NCBI GenBank assembly: GCA_031426555.1
Contig: JANPLN010000036.1
Location: forward strand, 1 to 64,000
Direction of reading: 5' to 3'
Length of the DNA: 64,000 nucleotides
From: Bdellovibrionales bacterium
Lineage (GTDB): Bacteria > Bdellovibrionota > Bdellovibrionia > Bdellovibrionales > JAGQZY01
The position numbers and the translations under genes are program-made. Below, in pieces: positions 9,908-18,345 of the stretch. The notes under the pieces were generated by a model. It was given only the letters and a program-made list of their open reading frames with translations, ran no database searches and was not told where the DNA came from. How positions within the stretch are numbered: position 1 is the stretch's first letter; every line of letters begins with the position of its first letter.

Positions 9908-10219
9908 TTACAGCGTGCTAGTTTGTACAATTCTCGTCGCTAAATCGCCAACACAAAAAATAAACAACAAAAAGACAAAAAAGAAGCTCAAGGCAATGAT
10001 CGCTTTGAAAATCTTCTCGTCATATTTAAGATGCATAAAATAAGCCATGACCAAAAAAGCTTTTGCCGTGGCAATAGTAAACGCAACAACCCAGTTGAAG
10101 GAACCGAAATCCATTCCTTTAGCCGTTGCCACCGTGAGCAGGGTGAAGCCAATGAGGGCCGCGAACACTTTTAAGTGAGTGTTTAATGAAATGGCGTGAT
10201 GTTCTCCGTTTTGTCCCAT
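9908..10219 (-). CDS. Cytochrome c oxidase subunit IV family protein
   Basis: Start at MGQNGEHH with AGGAG RBS; KAFLVMAYFMHLKY motif. Confidence 0.9.
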   Translation of the reverse strand: MGQNGEHHAISLNTHLKVFAALIGFTLLTVATAKGMDFGSFNWVVAFTIATAKAFLVMAYFMHLKYDEKIFKAIIALSFFFVFLLFIFCVGDLATRIVQTSTL

Positions 10220-10227
10220 GTGTTCTC

Positions 10228-10869
10228 CTAGCCCACTAAGTAAAGTAAAGGGAATAAAAAGATCCAAATTAAATCCACTAAGTGCCAAAACAAACCGACA
10301 CCCTCAACCGGCGTATAATAGTGAGAGTTAAACTCTCCCTTTTGCGCTCTTAAAAGAACCCAAAGGATAAGTCCCATTCCCGCAAGCACGTGAATCCCGT
10401 GCAGACCCGTCATCATAAAGTAGAAGGAATAATACAACCCGATGTTGCTAATGCCCTCTGGAACTGGGCCATGATACCATTTTCCCGGCAAAAGACCTTC
10501 GTGGATTTTGTGCGTGTACTCAAAGTACTTAACGAGCATAAAAATAGCTCCGCAAAGGATAGTCACTGCCAGATTGAAGACAGCTTTTTTGCGGTCGTTG
10601 TGTTGGCTATAGTGAATTCCTAAAACCATAGTCAGCGAGCTTGTTAAAAGCACAATCGTGTTCAGCGCACCTAATCTCCAATCAAGATGCTTCGCACCTT
10701 CCTGGAAAACTTGCGGATAAATATTGCTATAAATAATGTAACCCACAAAAAGCCCACCGAACATTAAGATCTCGGACGTCAAAAAGAGCCAAATTCCCTC
10801 TTTGCTTGTGGCGTATTCGTGCTCTGCACTGTCGAAATGATGGGAGTGGTGATGGTTATCTGTACTCAT
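10228..10869 (-). CDS. ctaE: Cytochrome c oxidase subunit III
   Basis: [15 protein letters not shown] and FWHLVDLIW motifs. Confidence 0.95.
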   Translation of the reverse strand: MSTDNHHHSHHFDSAEHEYATSKEGIWLFLTSEILMFGGLFVGYIIYSNIYPQVFQEGAKHLDWRLGALNTIVLLTSSLTMVLGIHYSQHNDRKKAVFNLAVTILCGAIFMLVKYFEYTHKIHEGLLPGKWYHGPVPEGISNIGLYYSFYFMMTGLHGIHVLAGMGLILWVLLRAQKGEFNSHYYTPVEGVGLFWHLVDLIWIFLFPLLYLVG

Positions 10870-12454
10870 AAGGACCTGCCGTTACGGTTGGTGTTGTTTC
10901 AAAGTTTTCATGGGGAGGCGGAGACTGTGTAGTCCATTCCAAAGTTTTTGCACCCCAAGGGTTCATTGGCGCCTTGGGACCGTATAAAATAGCCTGGATA
11001 ATGGAGTACGCGGCAATGATGAAACCAATAGCGATCAACCAGGAGCCTGATGTGGAGATTTTATTTAAAGATTCATACCCAGGAAGATAATCGTGGTACC
11101 GACGGGGCATACCCATATTCCCCAATACAAACTGCGGAAAGAACGTCACGTTGAAGCCAATAAAGATAAACACGAAAGACAAGCGAGCTAGCGACTCTTT
11201 ATACATTTTGCCAATCATTTTTGGCAGCCAGTAGTAGGCACCCGCCATGATCGCCATCAATGTTCCACCCACCATCACATAGTGAAAGTGCGCGACCACA
11301 AAATAGGTGTCGTGGAAGTGAATATCTGTGGCAAGCGTCGCAAGATAAATTCCAGTGATCCCGCCGATTGTGAAAATAAACATAAAGCCCAAAACATAAA
11401 GCATGGGGCTAGCAAACTGTATGGAGCCGCCGTACAGGGTGGCAATCCAGTTAAACAATTTGATGGCCGTCGGCACTCCAACAAGCATCGTTAAAACCGA
11501 GAAGGTAATTCCGATTACTTCTGACTGACCACTGGTGAACATGTGATGTCCCCAAACTAAAAAGCTAATGGCTGCAATGGCCACAGAAGAGTACGCAATG
11601 GCGGTGTAACCAAAAATTGTCTTTTTAGAAAAGGCCGTTATAACTTCACTGATAATTCCCATTGCAGGCAGAACCATGATGTAAACCGCAGGGTGCGAGT
11701 AGAACCAGAAAAAGTGTTGGAAGAGCACGGGATCGCCGCCAAGCTCTGGATCAAAAATCCCGATGTTGAAAATATTTTCCATGGCCAACAAAAGAACTGT
11801 GATGCCAAGAATCGGTGTTGCTAGAACTTGTAAAATCGCCGTGGAATAAATCGCCCAAACAAACAGGGGAATGCGATTCATCGTCATACCCGGAGCCCGG
11901 AGACGATGCACAGTTGCTACAAAGTTAACTCCGGTGAGGATCGAAGAGAACCCGGCAACAAACACGGCAAGCGCCATCACAACGGTCGCTGGTTTAAAGC
12001 TAATGCTATAGGGGGTGTAGAAGGTCCACCCACCGTCAACGCCACCAATCCAACCGCCATTGCGACCCATAAGGAGAGTCGAAGCTGCTAAAAAGAAACC
12101 ACCCATTAAGCAGTACCAGCTCATCAAATTGACTCTCGGGAAAGCTACATCCTTGGCCCCGATTTGCAGGGGTAAAAAGAAGTTTCCTAAAATTGCAGGA
12201 ATCCCTGGAATGATCACAAAGAACACCATCATCGCGCCATGATAAGTCATAAACTTGTTGTAAAGATCTGGGGGAAACAAGGCTCCCGACTTAAAAAGCT
12301 CCAAGCGGATAAGAAGTGCAAAGATCCCACCCAGCAAAAAGAAAAACGAAACCGAAAAAAAATAAAGTAGTCCAATGCGTTTGTGATCGAGCGATGTTAA
12401 CCACGACCACAAGCCTTTTCCGTGTTGTAAATAACTTGTTCCTGATCCAGCCAT
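10856..12454 (-). CDS. ctaD: Cytochrome c oxidase subunit I (A2-type)
   Basis: [15 protein letters not shown] and VAHFHY motifs. Confidence 0.97.
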   Translation of the reverse strand: MAGSGTSYLQHGKGLWSWLTSLDHKRIGLLYFFSVSFFFLLGGIFALLIRLELFKSGALFPPDLYNKFMTYHGAMMVFFVIIPGIPAILGNFFLPLQIGAKDVAFPRVNLMSWYCLMGGFFLAASTLLMGRNGGWIGGVDGGWTFYTPYSISFKPATVVMALAVFVAGFSSILTGVNFVATVHRLRAPGMTMNRIPLFVWAIYSTAILQVLATPILGITVLLLAMENIFNIGIFDPELGGDPVLFQHFFWFYSHPAVYIMVLPAMGIISEVITAFSKKTIFGYTAIAYSSVAIAAISFLVWGHHMFTSGQSEVIGITFSVLTMLVGVPTAIKLFNWIATLYGGSIQFASPMLYVLGFMFIFTIGGITGIYLATLATDIHFHDTYFVVAHFHYVMVGGTLMAIMAGAYYWLPKMIGKMYKESLARLSFVFIFIGFNVTFFPQFVLGNMGMPRRYHDYLPGYESLNKISTSGSWLIAIGFIIAAYSIIQAILYGPKAPMNPWGAKTLEWTTQSPPPHENFETTPTVTAGPYEYR

Positions 12455-12462
12455 AACTTCTC

Positions 12463-13482
12463 CTATTTCACAGTTTTCATGAATTCAATGATCGCCATAA
12501 TTTCTTCTTCACTGACCATGCCCTTAAAAGCAGGCATTTTATTGGGCTCGTAACCCTTAGAAATTCTTTTGTTGGGTTCCCAAATAGATTCGCGGATATA
12601 ATTCTCGTCGGCCGTGGCACTCGTTCCATCGTTGAAATTCCGAGTGGCGCCGTAAAGCCCTTTCCAAGTTGGACCTGTTCCGGCTTTGCCGTCCAAAGTG
12701 TGACAGCCGATGCACGCCCATTTTGCGTAAGCCTGCTTGCCTTTATCAACTAACGTCACTTCCTTGCCGCCGCCCGAGGAGTCGTCGCCAAGGACCCACT
12801 TATCAAAGTCTTCTTTCGACACCACTTTAATGAGCGCCATCATGGTGGAGTGACCGGTACCGCAGAACTCAGTACAGAAAACCTGAAACGTTCCGAGTTT
12901 TGTTGCCGTGAATCCCAAGGCCGAGAAACGACCAGGTACCAAATCTTGTTTGATCCGGAAGGCTGGCACGTAAAAGCTGTGAAGCACGGCTTTGTCTTCT
13001 GGCGTGACCTTGATGGAGGTCATTAAAAGTTTGATCGGGGTATCAATAGGCACAACCATTGTCGAAGGAACTTGTTGCCCTTGATCTCCCACGGTCGGAG
13101 TGATTCTTCGGCCATCTTTGTATTCGAATTCCCAAACCCACTTTTTTCCGTAAACGTGCACTTCGAGAGCGTTCTCTTTGAAATCTCGCATTTCGAGGTA
13201 AATGTAGGCTCCCCAAGCAAAGCAGACTAAAAAAATCACAAAAGGAATAAAACTCCAAATAAACTCGAGAGTGTGATTGTGCGAAATGTACGGCGTCTTA
13301 TCGTTGGCCGTTTTTCGTTTATACTTGTGTAGGAAATAAAGCATCCCGCCGATAAGTATGACAAAAGAAATCACACTCACAATAAGCATGAATCCGTAAA
13401 GATAACTGACTTGCTGAGCAACTTCCGAAGCTGCAGGTGGCATGAAGGTATTCGCTTGTGCCGACGGAACGAACCAAAACAT
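12463..13482 (-). CDS. ctaC: Cytochrome c oxidase subunit II with fused cytochrome c (caa3)
   Basis: CuA ligands HSF...[13 protein letters not shown]-terminal CIGCH heme-c motif. Confidence 0.95.
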   Translation of the reverse strand: MFWFVPSAQANTFMPPAASEVAQQVSYLYGFMLIVSVISFVILIGGMLYFLHKYKRKTANDKTPYISHNHTLEFIWSFIPFVIFLVCFAWGAYIYLEMRDFKENALEVHVYGKKWVWEFEYKDGRRITPTVGDQGQQVPSTMVVPIDTPIKLLMTSIKVTPEDKAVLHSFYVPAFRIKQDLVPGRFSALGFTATKLGTFQVFCTEFCGTGHSTMMALIKVVSKEDFDKWVLGDDSSGGGKEVTLVDKGKQAYAKWACIGCHTLDGKAGTGPTWKGLYGATRNFNDGTSATADENYIRESIWEPNKRISKGYEPNKMPAFKGMVSEEEIMAIIEFMKTVK

Positions 13483-13487
13483 GTTGC

Positions 13488-14363
13488 TTACTCCTCTTTT
13501 TTCTTACGTGGTTTCCAAAACAGAAACAGCCAAAAAAACAGTACTGCGACCGCAATCGCGCCAGCCACTCTCATTACATTGAACGCATAGAGAGCATACT
13601 GACTCCCGCTTGGATCGTACCTGTAACAGAAAAGCATGATCGAATCGACGACAGACCCCACTTTCCCTTGAGACGCTTCAACAATAGACAGTCGAAACGT
13701 TTTTGGTTCAAAATACACGCCGTGAAGGTAGCGCGAAATTTTCCCATCGGGGGTTAGCAGCACCGCCGCAGACGCGTGCGCCCATTCATTTGCTTTATCA
13801 TCCCATTTATATTTAAAACCGACCGTATCAGCAAGAGTTTTCACGGAGTTTTCATCACCCGTTAGAAAGTGAATTCCCTCGCCGTCGTTTGGGAAATTAT
13901 ATTTTTGCTGATAATTGTACTTTTTGGCCGCCGCCAGATCAGAAGTTTCGCTGGGATCGAAGCTCACAGCCAGCAAATCGTAATCCTTGCCAGCAACCAG
14001 CGATAGTTGTTTTAAAGCATCAAGGACTCCGTTCAAATGGAGGCTGCAAAGACTGGGGCAATTAAAATAGACAAGACTCAAAATGGTAGGACGCTGCGGC
14101 GAGATCCACTGCCCCAAGCTTTGTGATCGTCCTTTTTCATCGACGAACTGGGCTTCTATTTGGCGCAGATCTTTACCGAGTTGTTCGGTGATACCTACGT
14201 CTTTAATTTGTCGTGGCAAATCATTGTTAAGCGAGGCCGATTCCGCAGGATCGTAGGCGCCGGCGTTTGAAATAGATAAAACAAAAAATAAAAACGCGAC
14301 TGCTTTACTGGGCTGGAGCAGCGGGCGTTTCAGCGGTAGGTGGCTCAACTGTAGGTTTTTCAC
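13488..14363 (-). CDS. SCO family copper chaperone
   Basis: YFNCPSLC and WAH motifs; GTG start at 14363 preceded by AAGGAG. Confidence 0.9.
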   Translation of the reverse strand: MKNLQLSHLPLKRPLLQPSKAVAFLFFVLSISNAGAYDPAESASLNNDLPRQIKDVGITEQLGKDLRQIEAQFVDEKGRSQSLGQWISPQRPTILSLVYFNCPSLCSLHLNGVLDALKQLSLVAGKDYDLLAVSFDPSETSDLAAAKKYNYQQKYNFPNDGEGIHFLTGDENSVKTLADTVGFKYKWDDKANEWAHASAAVLLTPDGKISRYLHGVYFEPKTFRLSIVEASQGKVGSVVDSIMLFCYRYDPSGSQYALYAFNVMRVAGAIAVAVLFFWLFLFWKPRKKKEE

Positions 14364-14523
14364 CGACTGTCTCCTTAACGGCATCAGGTAATTTAAGTTC
14401 TTTTAAATCCACGCCTGGATGGAAGAACGCAATGTAGACGAAAAAAGTCATAGTAAACGACATGCAAAACATAAATGAGAGGTATCCTGCACGATTGTAG
14501 TCACCGGGTTGGTATTCCGACAT
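14305..14523 (-). CDS. Small single-TM protein heading the cox operon (72 aa)
   Basis: AAGGAG RBS, then MSEYQPGDYNRAG; one TM helix; Pro/Ala-rich tail. Confidence 0.65.
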   Translation of the reverse strand: MSEYQPGDYNRAGYLSFMFCMSFTMTFFVYIAFFHPGVDLKELKLPDAVKETVGEKPTVEPPTAETPAAPAQ

Positions 14524-14610
14524 GCACATCTCCTTGGGAATCTTATTTATACTCCCCATGGCATTTTGAAACAAGTGGATTTCAGACGAAAATTCCTCTA
14601 TGCTTTTTCC

Positions 14611-14907
14611 ATGAAAAAAGTACTGCTTACGGTGATCTGTTTTGGACTTTGTGCCTGCTCGTCGCCACCCCCTATCGACCTCCAACAAATCTCCATTGGG
14701 GACGAAAAGGGTTCGGTCCTGCATAAACTTGGGAATCCCGACCGTACTTATTTTAAAGAGAGCACGCAACGCTGGGTTTATAAGCTCAAACAACCCAAAG
14801 CAAGTGCTGTGGATAAGGAAATTTGGTTCCAAGATGGCAAAGTTGTTTTTGTAGACGCAGCTCCTCGGGCCAAAAAAGAGCCCATTCCCTACGAACCCGT
14901 AAACTAG
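14611..14907 (+). CDS. BamE/SmpA-like outer-membrane lipoprotein
   Basis: Lipobox LCAC; IGDEKGSVLHKLGNPD...WVY pattern. Confidence 0.75.
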   Translation: MKKVLLTVICFGLCACSSPPPIDLQQISIGDEKGSVLHKLGNPDRTYFKESTQRWVYKLKQPKASAVDKEIWFQDGKVVFVDAAPRAKKEPIPYEPVN

Positions 14908-14919
14908 ATAAAGGCTTTT

Positions 14920-16464
14920 ATGAAAATTGCCCTGAACCAAATTCGATCGATCCGATTCAACTCCAAAGATCTTAGATCCTCTTTTGTTGTTTTTCTGGTG
15001 GCACTTCCTCTCTGCCTAGGCATTGCGTTGGCCTCAGGAGCGCCTGCATCTAGCGGGCTTATCGCTGGAATTGTGGGGGGGTTGCTAGTTGGTCTCTTGA
15101 GCCCCTCGGAAATCTCCGTTTCTGGCCCCGCGGCGGGCCTCACTGTAGTTGTTTTTTCTGGGATCCAAAATGTAGGTTCGTTTGAGATTTTTTGTCTTAT
15201 CACGGCACTTGCTGGCGCCCTACAAATCCTCCTCGGGCTGCTTCGATTTGGAGTCATTGGAGCCCTAATTCCCTCTTCCGTGATTAAGGGTATGCTTGCA
15301 GCCATTGGAATTCTTATTATTCTTAAACAAATTCCTCATGCCATTGGTTTCGACGCTGATTTTTTCGGTGATGAGTCGTTTTCACAGAACGATGGTGACA
15401 ACACATTCAGTGCTCTTTCCCATGCGATTTCGTCTATCACTTACGGAGCTGTGATAATTTCTTTATTTTCTGTTTTTACAATTTTGAGCTGGGACTGGCT
15501 GAGCGCAAGGATTGCAACCTTAAAATTAATACCGGCGGCATTGATAGCTGTCGCCTGTGGGGTTTTTTTAAATGTTATCATTTTACCGGAGATAGGGCTG
15601 CAACTTTCAACAGAACACCTTGTGCAGGTTCCTTCAACAAAATTGTTTTCTGTGGTTTCTCCATCAAAGTTATTTTCCGTCTTCAACTGGGATCACTTTG
15701 TAATCGCAGTAACGCTGTGCCTGATTGGTTCCATAGAAACGATTTTGAGTGTTGATGCCAGTGAAAAAATCGATCCCCTCAAAAGGAATGTAAACACATC
15801 GCGCGAACTTTTCATCCAAGGCTCAGGCAACATTGTCAGTGGTCTGCTTGGCGGCCTACCAATCACCGCCGTCATCGTACGCACAAGCGCTAATGTCTCT
15901 GCTGGCGGAACCTCGAGACTTTCAGGAATCTTACATGCACTTTGGCTTTTTCTATTTGCTGTTTTTGCGCCAAACGTATTGAATCAAATTCCTCTCGCCT
16001 GTTTAGCTGTAATACTGATTTTTGTTGGATTTAAACTCACCACGCCAAAACTCTATAAATCTTTTGCCAAGATGGGTTGGTCGCAGTTTATACCATTTAT
16101 CGTAACTATCCTTGCTATTTTATTTACAGATCTTCTTGTCGGTGTGCTTATCGGATTTTTTGTTGGCCTCTATTATGTGTTTAAAACCAACATTCATGCT
16201 TCTGTTGTGCTTGTGAATGAAGACAACAGTTACCTTTTACGATTTAACAAAGACACTTCATTTCTAAACAAGCCGATTGTAAAAAGACTGCTTTCTTCTG
16301 TACCCCAACAATCTGAACTTTTAATTGATGGGTCACGATCTGTCTTTATCGATGCCGACATCATAGGTATGGTAGAAGATTTTGTAGAGTCAGCAGAGAA
16401 AAAAAATATCAAAGTACGAATTCGAAAATCGAGTCTTGCACTTTCTCCGTACTTCAAGGAGTGA
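14920..16464 (+). CDS. SulP family inorganic anion (probably bicarbonate) transporter
   Basis: VALPLCLGIALASG and SGPAAGL motifs; C-terminal STAS-like region. Confidence 0.92.
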   Translation: MKIALNQIRSIRFNSKDLRSSFVVFLVALPLCLGIALASGAPASSGLIAGIVGGLLVGLLSPSEISVSGPAAGLTVVVFSGIQNVGSFEIFCLITALAGALQILLGLLRFGVIGALIPSSVIKGMLAAIGILIILKQIPHAIGFDADFFGDESFSQNDGDNTFSALSHAISSITYGAVIISLFSVFTILSWDWLSARIATLKLIPAALIAVACGVFLNVIILPEIGLQLSTEHLVQVPSTKLFSVVSPSKLFSVFNWDHFVIAVTLCLIGSIETILSVDASEKIDPLKRNVNTSRELFIQGSGNIVSGLLGGLPITAVIVRTSANVSAGGTSRLSGILHALWLFLFAVFAPNVLNQIPLACLAVILIFVGFKLTTPKLYKSFAKMGWSQFIPFIVTILAILFTDLLVGVLIGFFVGLYYVFKTNIHASVVLVNEDNSYLLRFNKDTSFLNKPIVKRLLSSVPQQSELLIDGSRSVFIDADIIGMVEDFVESAEKKNIKVRIRKSSLALSPYFKE

Positions 16465-16467
16465 CCC

Positions 16468-17055
16468 TTGCCGAACATAAAAGCTATTTTTCTAGAAAAT
16501 AAAGCCTGGGTTCTTGAAAAACTGCAGAGTGATACATCTTACTTTGAGAACAACTCAAGGACTCAAGAACCACAGTATCTTTGGATTGGTTGCTCTGACT
16601 CACGCATTCTACCCAATGAGATAACGGGAACTTCTGTGGGTGAAATGTTTGTACACCGAAACATCGCAAACCTGATTCATGCAGACGATCTGAATCTGAT
16701 GTCAGTTGTCACGTATGCTCTTCGCTACTTGAAAGTTCGCGATGTGATTGTTTGCGGACACTACGGATGCGGCGGAGTTATATCTGCAATGGGTGATCAG
16801 TCTTTTGGACTCATCGACAAATGGTTAAAAAATATCAAAGTCGTGGTCTCCCAAAATAAAGATGAGCTCGAAAATATTACGAACACAACAGATCGCACCG
16901 ATCGTCTGGTTGAACTGAATGTTATCGCACAAGTGAACCATCTCAAGAATAGCGAGGTCTTCAAGGAGCTCATCTCTGAAAATCCTCAAATACGTTTACA
17001 TGGATGGGTTTATGATATGAGCACAGGATATGTAAAGAATCTTATTCGGTTTTGA
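16468..17055 (+). CDS. can: Beta-class carbonic anhydrase
   Basis: WIGCSDSR, FVHRNIAN and GHYGCGG motifs. Confidence 0.95.
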   Translation: MPNIKAIFLENKAWVLEKLQSDTSYFENNSRTQEPQYLWIGCSDSRILPNEITGTSVGEMFVHRNIANLIHADDLNLMSVVTYALRYLKVRDVIVCGHYGCGGVISAMGDQSFGLIDKWLKNIKVVVSQNKDELENITNTTDRTDRLVELNVIAQVNHLKNSEVFKELISENPQIRLHGWVYDMSTGYVKNLIRF

Positions 17056-17587
17056 TTGTTGTTTCTAACTCCTCACGAATATACTTTTTTTTGTTCGCTT
17101 TGTTCACTTTAACTCGCTGATCTTTTAGCTTTTTTCTAACGTCTTCCTCTGTTTGAAGCTCTTTGGAAACCTTAAAGTCCTCACTGAGTGTGCGCACGTA
17201 TTGTCTTTGCACTAAGGTGAGCAACTCATCTAATTTTCTATCCAACATCACGTCTGTCATAGGCTTTTTACTATCTTTTTTGAGTTCTGTTTGTTTAAAG
17301 AAACTCAAATCAGAAAAAGCTTCCTCCGAAGAGTGGCTTTTGCGTAAGTGCTCACGAATGTCTTCACGCTTTTTTTTAATATTCACAAGCTCTTTATGAG
17401 TGTCGGCGATTTCGCTGAGGATTTCCTCCAGATGCTCGCCCTCTTTGACGATCTCTTTGTTCTTTAAAAGCTCTTTAAGCCGCACCTCGTGTTCTAAAAT
17501 CTTTTGATCGTGAACTTGCATTTGGGCTTTATGCACAGCCATCGGCTCGCCAGTGGCAAAGAAAAATACTGCGATTAAAAAAATCAT
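17042..17587 (-). CDS. Hypothetical exported coiled-coil protein
   Basis: Hydrophobic N-terminus, charged helical body; 4-nt overlap with the upstream gene. Confidence 0.7.
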   Translation of the reverse strand: MIFLIAVFFFATGEPMAVHKAQMQVHDQKILEHEVRLKELLKNKEIVKEGEHLEEILSEIADTHKELVNIKKKREDIREHLRKSHSSEEAFSDLSFFKQTELKKDSKKPMTDVMLDRKLDELLTLVQRQYVRTLSEDFKVSKELQTEEDVRKKLKDQRVKVNKANKKKYIREELETTIKTE

Positions 17588-18324
17588 ATCTGCGCCTCAC
17601 TTTTTTTAGCAGCTGCATCTTGGGTAAAGTGTTTTTGTCTCCACTCCACGATCACGTCGAGGCTTTGCAATCGTAGAACAATTAACATGGCTCGCACGGG
17701 ATTCAAATTCCGAACAACGAGTTCGCCTTTTTGAATTTCTTTTTGCAATTCCGATACAATGAGAGAGAATCTTTTTTCGGACAGGGCCATGATAATATCT
17801 TTTTTAAGGTCGGCCGAGTCGATACCAGTAATTATGACTTCGTAAACGTACTCCCCATCGTCCATTTGCGAAGATGCGGATTCATCAAACCGTTGAATGT
17901 CCAGCGGGTCCTTCGCAGAGGGGGGGGCGACGACTTTATTGTCTGACAGATTATCTAGAAAGTTTTCGGAGTACTCGTCTGTTGTCTTAATGTCGTTTTC
18001 GACGTCGTTTTCACTATCATTTTCGCCGTCAAAATCACCGCCATCTTCGACGGCTTCCTCAGGCACTTCTTCCTCGGGTGTTGCAGCAAATGTTTCTACA
18101 AAATCATCACTTTGCGGCTCGTAAGGCTGGAGAGGTGTCGGTTCATCGGATGGCGCACTCGATAGTTCTTCAGCCGCTTCATCGATAGATTCGTCGTAAG
18201 AGGGAGCCTCTGCGCTGTCAACTTGACCGTCGATCCCAATCATAAACACGGCACTGCACTTTGCACATGTGGTCATGCCGAAGTCAGCACTCTGTTCTGT
18301 TTGACACTCTGGACATCGCGCCAT
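17584..18324 (-). CDS. Zinc-ribbon protein with acidic linker
   Basis: CPEC...CAKC at the N-terminus; long D/E-rich linker; GGAGG upstream of MARC. Confidence 0.75.
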   Translation of the reverse strand: MARCPECQTEQSADFGMTTCAKCSAVFMIGIDGQVDSAEAPSYDESIDEAAEELSSAPSDEPTPLQPYEPQSDDFVETFAATPEEEVPEEAVEDGGDFDGENDSENDVENDIKTTDEYSENFLDNLSDNKVVAPPSAKDPLDIQRFDESASSQMDDGEYVYEVIITGIDSADLKKDIIMALSEKRFSLIVSELQKEIQKGELVVRNLNPVRAMLIVLRLQSLDVIVEWRQKHFTQDAAAKKSEAQI

Positions 18325-18345
18325 CCTTGCGCCCTCCATGTTAGT

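Noticed and set aside
14524..14940. N-terminal 139 aa of the track ORF 14305..14940
   Set aside because: Antisense to the BamE-like gene; the real start is at 14523 with an RBS.
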